From a virus, in the IMG/VR virus record IMGVR_UViG_3300009499_000053: a stretch of DNA of 64,000 nt. The stretch is one strand, 5' to 3'. Positions 30,082 to 38,549 of this stretch are shown piece after piece (within the stretch, counting starts at the first letter, position 1; every line of letters begins with the position of its first letter). The translations under genes and the position numbers were made by a program. The notes beneath the pieces were generated by a model that was not told where the DNA came from, ran no database searches, and saw nothing but the letters and a program-made list of their open reading frames with translations.

Positions 30082-30536
30082 GTAAATGTCCAATAAAAAG
30101 GAAGACAGATAACTTAGCAGTAAAAAGAAAGTTAGAGAACTTTACTGGAGATCTTCTGACACCAGAGGAGAAACAGTTCAGATTAAAAAGATTACAGAAA
30201 GAAATCGAGAGTAAACGAATCGATGAGGAAATGGTTCCTTATGTTAAACGAATCAACGCACTCTCCTCTTTTGTAACTACACAATGTTGTTTTGGTCATA
30301 AAGGAAATGACCATAATCAAAGAGCTTACATAGACTTTAGGAGTTCTTTAAAGCCCGGGGAGGTAATAGAACAGATCCTCAAGCCAATGTTATTGAAGCA
30401 TAATGTTCTACAAGTACAACTCTTTGGTCTCTGGAACGATCGTTTACGTTACTGTATTAGATTGGAAAGTAAGTTCTGGAAAGAAGAAATGGAAACACTA
30501 ATCAATATTCTAGAAGGAATTGAATATGGTAAGTAG
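30078..30536 (+). CDS. Tyw3/Taw3-like protein 3
   Basis: IDEEMVPYVKRINALSSFVTTQCCFGH resembles the Taw3 D..I..L...IN....TTSSCSGR pattern. Confidence 0.5.
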   Translation: MSKCPIKRKTDNLAVKRKLENFTGDLLTPEEKQFRLKRLQKEIESKRIDEEMVPYVKRINALSSFVTTQCCFGHKGNDHNQRAYIDFRSSLKPGEVIEQILKPMLLKHNVLQVQLFGLWNDRLRYCIRLESKFWKEEMETLINILEGIEYGK

Positions 30537-30912
30537 GAAACTTAGAGTATATCTTGGGGGAAGCAAAGGTACATGGAGAAGGAAGTTTGCTAAGGAGAAT
30601 CAGGACTGTGAATGTTATGATCCCTTCAAGCATTCTAAACAGACTGCACTAGTTTCCTTTACCCAAAAAGATCTACAGGCAGTGAAAGAGACAGATGTCC
30701 TCTTCATCTATATTAACTACAAAATCTACACAGGAAGTTGTATAGAGGCAGGGTTTGCCTTTGCTCGGGGAATACCTATAATCTTGGTATTTGAACTAAA
30801 GGGTTATATTGACCCATTGCTACTAGGTATATCACGGAAGGTCTTTACAGATCTGGACTCAGCAATAGACTGGTTTAAGAAGTCGACTTATGTTAAGAAG
30901 GTGAGGAAATGA
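30520..30912 (+). CDS. nucleoside 2-deoxyribosyltransferase-like protein
   Basis: VYLGG...YDP...DLQAVKETD...GSCIEAGFA. Confidence 0.7.
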   Translation: MNMVSRKLRVYLGGSKGTWRRKFAKENQDCECYDPFKHSKQTALVSFTQKDLQAVKETDVLFIYINYKIYTGSCIEAGFAFARGIPIILVFELKGYIDPLLLGISRKVFTDLDSAIDWFKKSTYVKKVRK

Positions 30913-31233
30913 GTAACTGCACAGGCTGTCACAATTCTTTTGGGGATCATCCTAATCCACATAGTAGAGAGTGTACAATTTGTATACGGAATCCTAGGTA
31001 TCCTACTATGAAGATGCCTGATAAGGCTACTATAGATGGAGTAGAGGTAACAGTGCCCCAGGATCTGTACATTACTGAGGATAGAAAGAAGTTGGATGAG
31101 AAACGAATGTTAAAGAAACTGGCTGAGGTGGCAAATACTATAAACCGAAGAAGGGAACATGAAAAGATCATTCCTCTTAAAAGACCTAAGCGTTTACGTC
31201 CAGCATATTCACCTTGGGAGGCATATTGGGACT

Positions 31234-31578
31234 ATGTCTACTGCCAGTGAGAAACACACGAAAGTTGAGTCTCCATCTGGAGGTACAATAGATCCAACTA
31301 TGTTCGGGCGAAGGATCAGGGAACTACCAACGAAAGAGGATAATCCTAGTTCTCGTTACTTTGGACATTTGGTTTTCCCCTTTGGATTTAAGAAAGGTGC
31401 CCTAGAGCTTGAGGACCAGAACCTAGTATGGAATGGAGCAATCATTGTAAACTGGAATATTGATATTCCTTTTGAAGATGAGAAGAAAGATAGTAATCCT
31501 TCTTCTAGAACCTTTGGAAAGTTAGCAGATGTGAGGGAATTGATAGGAAATGACTACCAAGAAACGATCAGTATCTGA
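31234..31578 (+). CDS. small protein with two NPSSR copies
   Basis: EDNPSSRYF and DSNPSSRTF. Confidence 0.55.
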   Translation: MSTASEKHTKVESPSGGTIDPTMFGRRIRELPTKEDNPSSRYFGHLVFPFGFKKGALELEDQNLVWNGAIIVNWNIDIPFEDEKKDSNPSSRTFGKLADVRELIGNDYQETISI

Positions 31579-31915
31579 GTGGATAGAGTACTGTAAGAAG
31601 AATGCTAATGAGCATGGATTCACGATAGTTTGGGAAAGACAAGAAGGACCAATGAATCCTATAGAGAAGTTAATGAAGATTGTCTCAGAGTGTTCAGAGG
31701 CTTTAGAGGCCTATACTGCACAGAGTAAACCTAATGATGGAAAGAATAAGATACACTGTGATAACTGGAAGGAACACTTTGAAGCAGAGATAGCTGACAT
31801 TGTTATTCGTACATTACACTTAGTGGGAGACCTAGATATTGATCTAGAAAGTATCTTAGAGAAGAAGATGAAGTATAATAAAAAGAGATCACACTTACAT
31901 GGGAAGTTAACTTAG
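31550..31915 (+). CDS. MazG-like all-alpha NTP pyrophosphohydrolase
   Basis: SECSEALEA...EAEIADIVIR...KMKYNKKR. Confidence 0.8.
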   Translation: MTTKKRSVSEWIEYCKKNANEHGFTIVWERQEGPMNPIEKLMKIVSECSEALEAYTAQSKPNDGKNKIHCDNWKEHFEAEIADIVIRTLHLVGDLDIDLESILEKKMKYNKKRSHLHGKLT

Positions 31916-32181
31916 TGAGACTACCATCTGCACCCTGTTGGGCATGTAAGCTAACCTACAGTTCAAGGGGACAACGTATTACTGTCTTTACCAAGGACTC
32001 TAAGAAGGTGGAGATTATGCTGTGTTCAATATGTTGGAATAGGCTCCTTAAAACCATTATAAACAGATACAGTGATGATATCATAGAAGAACTAATGCAG
32101 ATGTGTGGAATGAAATTTAATCCTAGTAGTAGGATAATCTGGAGGAAGGAAAGTGAAAAAGGAAAAGGAAAGAAAGTTTAA
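31915..32181 (+). CDS. Zn-finger protein with FNPSSR
   Basis: CWAC...CSIC; motif. Confidence 0.6.
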   Translation: MRLPSAPCWACKLTYSSRGQRITVFTKDSKKVEIMLCSICWNRLLKTIINRYSDDIIEELMQMCGMKFNPSSRIIWRKESEKGKGKKV

Positions 32182-32440
32182 TCCGTCATCTAGAACAGAT
32201 TCTGAGGAAAATCTTAAACCATTAGATAATCTTCAGGAAGGGGATAACTGTAAAGCTAATTGGCCTTTGTTTCAGAAGAGTGATGTAATTCTAAGGAAGA
32301 TAGCAGAGGACTCTAGAGATGTTGCTAGAACTACACTATGTTGGGAGAGAAAGAGCCATAAGAAAACAATAAGGTTTATTCTCTGGTTAGGTTTGGTTAT
32401 TGGATCAATAATCGGTTTATTTATCGGGGTGATTATCTGA
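32153..32440 (+). CDS. membrane-anchored protein with N-terminal FNPSSR
   Basis: Motif plus C-terminal TM helix. Confidence 0.55.
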   Translation: MKKEKERKFNPSSRTDSEENLKPLDNLQEGDNCKANWPLFQKSDVILRKIAEDSRDVARTTLCWERKSHKKTIRFILWLGLVIGSIIGLFIGVII

Positions 32441-32826
32441 TGGAAAAGAAAAAGGTAGAGGATAATAAGAATATAAGGAAGTTCCCAGGAGGAGCAACTA
32501 GGGATACAGAGAGAAATAAATTGGATTACGAAGGTTTCTTCTCACCACTAGTACTACAGGCCTGTGCTGTGTATATGCATAAGCATAGATTACAGACTGA
32601 TGGTTCATTCAGAGACAGTGATAATTGGCAGAAGATGTATGGGGAGAAACACTATGATGTATGTATGAAGTCACTAACCAGACACTTTATGGATGTGTGG
32701 CTGGAACACAGAGGGTCCAAGAGTAGGGATGGTCAGAAGGACGCCCTGTGTGGACTGATATTCAATGCAAGAGCTTATTTGTTCAAGATGTTGAAAGAGG
32801 AAGAAGAGAAGAAAGAGACCCCATAA
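32440..32826 (+). CDS. dATP/dGTP diphosphohydrolase-like (DUF5664-like) protein
   Basis: FPGGATRD...KLDY...DNWQK...SLTRH. Confidence 0.65.
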   Translation: MEKKKVEDNKNIRKFPGGATRDTERNKLDYEGFFSPLVLQACAVYMHKHRLQTDGSFRDSDNWQKMYGEKHYDVCMKSLTRHFMDVWLEHRGSKSRDGQKDALCGLIFNARAYLFKMLKEEEEKKETP

Positions 32827-33124
32827 GTATCGTACGCTGGGACGGAAGGTCTAGACCCTTCATGGTTTATCACTATGAACGTTCTAGTAGCGGTAATGGA
32901 TAGGTCGATAACAATGAAGAACATAGAAGATATACTAAGAGAGTGTGTAGGACATAGAGTAACTATTACTTTCTGCTCTGTCGATGAACCAAAACTTAGG
33001 GAAGTTTCGGGAATCTTAGTGCAAGTTGAGGAACAAGTTATTACCTTTAAGTTGTTTGATAACTATGGAGGGTCTGACCTTTACCACCTCAATCGGCATA
33101 GTTGTACACTGCATAGTGTAATAG

Positions 33125-33700
33125 ATGAAGGAAAGTGAAATGAGTAAGAAAGTAGCCATAATTGGAGCACAGAACTGCGGTAAGACTACCTCACTCTACT
33201 ATCTCTGTTACAAGTTGAAGAAGAGGAACATAAAGTTAGGAGTAGGTCATGAGGTGGCTAGGGAATGTCCATACCCTCTAAATGCTAAGGGAGGACTACT
33301 TACTCAGTTATGGATACTTTTTAAACAGATGGAGAGAGAGGCTAAGTTAGAAGGTTACTATGAGGATATAATCATAGATCGATCTGTCTTTGATTGTGTT
33401 CCTTATTGTGATCAGTTAACAAGATGGGGAATCATAAAAAGGAAAGACTCGAAGTTTGTCTCTGAGAGTGCTTTTGCCTGGGCTAAGAACCATCCTTATT
33501 CTCTGTTAGTCTACCTAGAACCTTTATCCCCAGAAACAAATACAAAGAACGGTAGTGGAAAGTACCAAACCTCAATAGTAGAACACTTTGAGAGACTACT
33601 AAAGAAGATAGATACTCCCATAAAAAGGGTGGATATAGCTCCCAAGGATGAAAGATGTAAGAAGGTATATAAGATTGTCAAAAGACACATCTATGGATGA
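33125..33700 (+). CDS. P-loop nucleotide kinase-like (AAA_28/NadR-type) protein
   Basis: GAQNCGKTT, EVAR, IDRSVFD. Confidence 0.7.
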   Translation: MKESEMSKKVAIIGAQNCGKTTSLYYLCYKLKKRNIKLGVGHEVARECPYPLNAKGGLLTQLWILFKQMEREAKLEGYYEDIIIDRSVFDCVPYCDQLTRWGIIKRKDSKFVSESAFAWAKNHPYSLLVYLEPLSPETNTKNGSGKYQTSIVEHFERLLKKIDTPIKRVDIAPKDERCKKVYKIVKRHIYG

Positions 33701-33898
33701 TAAGGTTTGCTTTGGAGAGCACGGATTACATGAACTCTGCAATGAGTGTCCACTTAGAAGAAGGTGTCAACGCTTTACAGCAGCAGAGAAGCAGGTATCT
33801 ATCCGTCATAAAGGTAAATATACTGGTAAGGGCAAAGAGAGAAGGAGAGAACGTTACTGAAACGTATCATGGGTATTAAAAAAGGAGATGAATAAGAA

Positions 33899-34861
33899 TT
33901 GAAAGAGAAAGAGAGATTAGAGAAACTTAAGGAGAAATACGGAATAAGCCGTATAGGGAAACTAGCTGTGCATGACGATGCAGACGGGATTAGTTCAGGG
34001 GTATTGCTCACCTATGTCTTTAAGACTGCGGAAGTTATGGCTCCTGAGATCTTTGGAGAGGTTGAGGATGCTGACGTTTGTACTGATATGAGACCAGTCG
34101 ATCCTGAATGGAAGGGTCTATGCTTTGATCACCACCCAGGACATCCAGAAGAGAAAGATAGAAAATATAAACTGGTCTGGGGAGATCAACCTGCAACTAA
34201 GGTAGTATACGATGTTTTCAAGGATCAGATCCCAGAGGAACATGCCTGGAAAGCAGTCATCGGAACCTGTGGAGATGGTAGGGCCGATATCATACCGATA
34301 GACTTGTGGAAGAAGTTCCCAATGTTACTATCACACTTCCAGAATGTTTATGATAGCAGAGGACAAATAAGACTGTATCCCATGCCAATGTATATGAGAG
34401 TAGTCTCAGGTATCAATGCCTGTTGTAAGATTCCTGGGAAATGGTACGTGGCCTACACTGTACTTCGTGCAGCGGATAGTCCACTTGACATAATCTTTGA
34501 CGATGCTATAAACTTGGCAAGAAAGCTAGTAAATGAGGAGAGAAAGCGAGCTGTTAAGGATCACCCGATTGTCGACTTGAATGACTATATTCGAGTTTGG
34601 CCTATCGAGAGTGAATACAGGATCCAGAGAGGCTTAGCTTGGAAGGCAAACAATGTAGACCATAAAACTTCAGTCGTTGTTAACACGAAGACGAGTACCA
34701 TGAGTATTAGGGGTATTCTAGCAACACTTATATGCAGCGAACTGACTAAGAAAGGTTATGAGGTCGGTGGTCATCCTGGGTTTGCTGGAGGAATTCTCAA
34801 GGAAGAGAAGAACCAGGACTATAAGAAACTAATACAGGACCTCAAGGATATTAAAATTTAG
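33899..34861 (+). CDS. DHH-family phosphoesterase (RecJ/Cdc45-like)
   Basis: HDDADG, DHH, GGHPGFAG. Confidence 0.8.
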   Translation: MKEKERLEKLKEKYGISRIGKLAVHDDADGISSGVLLTYVFKTAEVMAPEIFGEVEDADVCTDMRPVDPEWKGLCFDHHPGHPEEKDRKYKLVWGDQPATKVVYDVFKDQIPEEHAWKAVIGTCGDGRADIIPIDLWKKFPMLLSHFQNVYDSRGQIRLYPMPMYMRVVSGINACCKIPGKWYVAYTVLRAADSPLDIIFDDAINLARKLVNEERKRAVKDHPIVDLNDYIRVWPIESEYRIQRGLAWKANNVDHKTSVVVNTKTSTMSIRGILATLICSELTKKGYEVGGHPGFAGGILKEEKNQDYKKLIQDLKDIKI

Positions 34862-34873
34862 GGAGGAAAGGAA

Positions 34874-35938
34874 ATGACTATGAAGAAAGAAGCCTATTTG
34901 AAGAAATGGGCTAAGGAAACTGGAAAGACCATAGATGAATTGTCAGAGATCTGGAAACAGACAGAAGAGCGGATGGAAAGATTAGGAATAGATGACAAGA
35001 GAGCCTTACAACTAGCCTTTAGAAGAAAACTTAGAGGCGCTGTGTTCGGCAAAGGTAAAACAAGACGAACCCCGCAAGAGTTCTTTGGGTTTGTGTGCGG
35101 TACCTCTCGTCTAATAGACTGGGATGAGATACGAAGGAACAAAGCTCTTAAGAGAGATAATGAAGACCATACAAATGCTGTTCTGGGAGGCATAGTGGAT
35201 GAAGCAGGAAACCCACTAGATGACAGAGAAACCATCTACCGTTTTGGTGAGAAAGTAGAAAATCCTAACTTTAGGAAACCTCTAGTAGGTCACGCCTATG
35301 ATAGGAAGGTCTATGGAGTCGCTAGGATGGAAGGTGATACTGATCCTAAAGTGTTCAGACTAAACCTGAAAGGAAAGACTGCAAAAGAGTTCAGGGGTTG
35401 GAAGCCCTTTGTTGCTGTAAGATTTCTAGCACTGGTCTATGGAAAAGAAGGACAAGACTTCTATGAACTATACCCATCTAGGATAACTAAGTTCCAAACT
35501 GATAATAAGACAAAGATAGACTTCGAGCAGTGGATTAGAACTGCTTCACATGTCTACAAGCTTGATAAAGTTGATCAGGCTTTCAATTCAGTTGATGGAC
35601 AAAAGAACAAGTGGGTGTTCATTGAGGCAGATCTGGACTACATCAATCCAAATGTTGACGAAGATCGAGGACAGAGATCCTTGAACATAGCAGACGATAT
35701 TGTGGGTCTACAAACCTATCGTGTTCGTTTGCCACAGGATTTCCCTATAACATTTAGCGAGTTCTCTCGTATAATTGTCATGGGTGAGATACAGAAGTGG
35801 AAGAGGAAGGATGATTCAGAGGCAACCTCTATAGAAGGCTTTGGTGTCTTCCCAATTCCAGGTCAATCGGTCAAGATGCCTGATAAGACATCCTTACCCG
35901 CAGAACCTTCAGAAGAACCAATAATTCTCTGGGAGTAA
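34874..35938 (+). CDS. hypothetical replication protein, possibly OB-fold ssDNA-binding
   Basis: Between DHH and RadA-like genes; strong GGAGG RBS; beta-rich; acidic/Pro tail. Function is inference. Confidence 0.4.
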   Translation: MTMKKEAYLKKWAKETGKTIDELSEIWKQTEERMERLGIDDKRALQLAFRRKLRGAVFGKGKTRRTPQEFFGFVCGTSRLIDWDEIRRNKALKRDNEDHTNAVLGGIVDEAGNPLDDRETIYRFGEKVENPNFRKPLVGHAYDRKVYGVARMEGDTDPKVFRLNLKGKTAKEFRGWKPFVAVRFLALVYGKEGQDFYELYPSRITKFQTDNKTKIDFEQWIRTASHVYKLDKVDQAFNSVDGQKNKWVFIEADLDYINPNVDEDRGQRSLNIADDIVGLQTYRVRLPQDFPITFSEFSRIIVMGEIQKWKRKDDSEATSIEGFGVFPIPGQSVKMPDKTSLPAEPSEEPIILWE

Positions 35939-35999
35939 TCTCAGGGAACCCCCTCTTATTTAGAGGAATTAGAGAAATTAACTAAAAGGAGAGATTAAG

Positions 36000-36950
36000 A
36001 TGAAAGACACAGTAACAAAGTTAAGTTCTGGAGTAAAAGAAATTGATGATATGCTAGAGGGTGGTATCTTGCTTGGTGCACCGGCTTTAGTTTATGGTAT
36101 TCCGAACCTTGGAAAAACTTGGCTTAGTTTTCAATTGTGCTGTATGAGCACACGGGATCCAAAACACGGTGGTCTTGGAAGAAGAGCCCTTTACTTAGAT
36201 ACTGAGACTTTCTTTACTAGGGATACATTCGATAGATTCTACAAGTACTTTAAGGCAAGATGGCCTGATCTACCTGAGGAACCTATGATTGATGTCAAAA
36301 TAGTCCCCGATATATTCAAGCTTGGTAAGCTTTTTGGTATCGACTATGAGATTATCCATGAAGAGAAAAGGGTCAGTATGATATCAAGATTTCCTACCAA
36401 GAGACAGAAAGCCTTGAAGAGATCAGGAAACACAAAGCTGAAGACTACAACTAAGTCAAGTGACTATATCCTTGATTCTAAGTTGTACCAGATGTTACAG
36501 GAAAAGAAGTATGGTATTGTCGTAATTGACTCCATCACTGCTCCTATAAAGAGCGTAATTCCTTCTGCTGCACAAAACTTCCCAGCTAGAGCAAGTATTC
36601 TTCAAGAACTACTTGGAACCTTCTACACAATCTGTCAGGAGAATGATTGTGCAATCTTTATGACAGACCACATTACAAGATCCCCCATGTCACCAGGATA
36701 TGTGTACGGACTTGGAGCACCTTGGGGTGGACAAGACGTAACATACTATGTGAAGATACAACTAGGGCTATACAGAGCACTGAAGGCCCAGAGAGAGATG
36801 TATCCCGGAGAGGGACAAAGACTGCGAAGGGTAGAGAGACATAGATATCCAGGACTAGAAAAGTCTTTAGTTCTAGTGCACTTAGCTAAGGACACTGGTT
36901 ACAAGAGTCTAGGCTCTGGAACTGGTGGTAAAGCAAGACCAGCTAGTTAG
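36000..36950 (+). CDS. RadA/RecA-superfamily ATPase
   Basis: SSGVKEIDDMLEGG, GIPNLGKT, YLDTE, VVIDS. Confidence 0.85.
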   Translation: MKDTVTKLSSGVKEIDDMLEGGILLGAPALVYGIPNLGKTWLSFQLCCMSTRDPKHGGLGRRALYLDTETFFTRDTFDRFYKYFKARWPDLPEEPMIDVKIVPDIFKLGKLFGIDYEIIHEEKRVSMISRFPTKRQKALKRSGNTKLKTTTKSSDYILDSKLYQMLQEKKYGIVVIDSITAPIKSVIPSAAQNFPARASILQELLGTFYTICQENDCAIFMTDHITRSPMSPGYVYGLGAPWGGQDVTYYVKIQLGLYRALKAQREMYPGEGQRLRRVERHRYPGLEKSLVLVHLAKDTGYKSLGSGTGGKARPAS

Positions 36951-37177
36951 AATTTTAAGGAGGGATAGGAATGGAGGAAAGGAGTGGAAGAAAGATAATG
37001 AAGGCACTAGGTGCAGAGGATCAAAAGTACCCTTGCGTTTGGTATGAGAAGGTTAACTGCCCGATCAGAACCAAATGGAAGTTAGCACCTGAGAATCTCA
37101 CACCTTGGTGCACTGTCTGTAAGCAGATAGGTTATCTAGATGAACAGAAAGAGAAGACTTCTAAGGAGGATAAATAA

Positions 37178-37903
37178 TTGCCAGAGGTTGTAATAAATGA
37201 GCTGTCTTCTGATAGTTCAACCCCTGTTTCTTTAGTGGAGAATGGTAATGGTAATGGAAGTTCTGTCAGAGTAATGATTATGGACTCACATGAACCAAAG
37301 GATATAGCTGAGAAACTTAGACAAAAAGGAATACCTGTCTCAGTAGAGTTCCTATCCTCAGGAGACTACATCTTTAGTAATATTGGGATAGAGAGGAAGA
37401 CCCTGACTGATCTCTGGGGCTCTATAACTTCTAAGGATAAGAGGATCTGGAGACAGATGTTTGAGTTGAAGAGAAACTTTGAGAGACCATTCCTTATTGT
37501 AGAGTCATTTAACTTTGCATACCTAAGAGACCCATCCTACAGTAAACAGATATGGGGAACACTAGCATCAATAGCCCTACTGGGAATCAATGTGATTACA
37601 ATAGCATCCAAGATGGGTGGGTCTAAGGAGTTTATAGACTTTATGAACTACCTGTACTTCTCAGCAGATAAGACTAAGAAGACATCAAGACCCCTACCTA
37701 AGAAGAGTGCCAATCCTAAGGATATCTTTAGGGACAGTCTGTGTATGGTTCCTCAGATAGGTCCAGTAACAGCTAGAAAGTTAATGGCTAGGTTCAGGTC
37801 ATTTGAGGCACTATGTGTAGCTAGTCAGGAGGATCTAAGTAGTCTTTGTGGAAGAACAAAGTATCAGATGCTTTGGAGGATTTTACATGGAGAGAATCCA
37901 TAA
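37178..37903 (+). CDS. XPF/ERCC4 structure-specific nuclease (short form with HhH)
   Basis: DSHE, GDY, IERKT, HhH VPQIGPVTA. Confidence 0.85.
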   Translation: MPEVVINELSSDSSTPVSLVENGNGNGSSVRVMIMDSHEPKDIAEKLRQKGIPVSVEFLSSGDYIFSNIGIERKTLTDLWGSITSKDKRIWRQMFELKRNFERPFLIVESFNFAYLRDPSYSKQIWGTLASIALLGINVITIASKMGGSKEFIDFMNYLYFSADKTKKTSRPLPKKSANPKDIFRDSLCMVPQIGPVTARKLMARFRSFEALCVASQEDLSSLCGRTKYQMLWRILHGENP

Positions 37904-38093
37904 TGCGTAATGGACCTACACCCTTAGCACCCTACACCCATTTTAGTTTCTGTCCTGTATGTGGATGGGAGTATGAAACTTGGAGTGAGGATGTAGAGTT
38001 TCGTTGTTTTGAGTGTCGTCACTTTATTGTCCTAAGGAAGGATATGAGTTATCCTACAGAGGTAAAGGATGAACCCTCAAGTAGGTGGTTTAG

Positions 38094-38549
38094 TTGAAGA
38101 GGAGAAGAAATCCTGATTCGTTAAGATCGAATCCTGAGAAGAATAGAGAATATAAACGAGATTGGATAAGACGATGGAGAAGGAAATCCCCCGAAGAAGC
38201 AAAGGAAAAGAAAAAGAAATGGCAGGATAAGAACATAGAACATTTACGGAAACATTGGAGAGAATACAACCGAAAAAGATTACAAAAGCTCCGAACAGCA
38301 ATCTTAGAAATTCTTGGAAATAAATGTGAAAGATGCGGTTTCGAAGATTATAGAGCTCTACAAATAGATCATATTCATGGTGGAGGAACTAAAGAATCAA
38401 AGTCCTTCAATCATGGGCATAGTTATTATGTTTATATTTTAAAGAAACTAAAGAAAGGATCTAAGGACTATCAATGTCTGTGTGCTAATTGTAACTGGAT
38501 TAAACGAGTTGACAGAAAAGAAACTGGACATAGTTGGGGAGGGAAATAA
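38094..38549 (+). CDS. HNH endonuclease (free-standing, homing-type)
   Basis: CERCG...LQIDHIHGGG...LCANCN with basic N-terminus. Confidence 0.75.
   Translation: MKRRRNPDSLRSNPEKNREYKRDWIRRWRRKSPEEAKEKKKKWQDKNIEHLRKHWREYNRKRLQKLRTAILEILGNKCERCGFEDYRALQIDHIHGGGTKESKSFNHGHSYYVYILKKLKKGSKDYQCLCANCNWIKRVDRKETGHSWGGK

Noticed and set aside
32845-32861. Near-palindrome GAAGGTCTAGACCCTTC in a short intergenic gap
   Set aside because: Single short occurrence in a CTAG-rich genome; no function can be supported.
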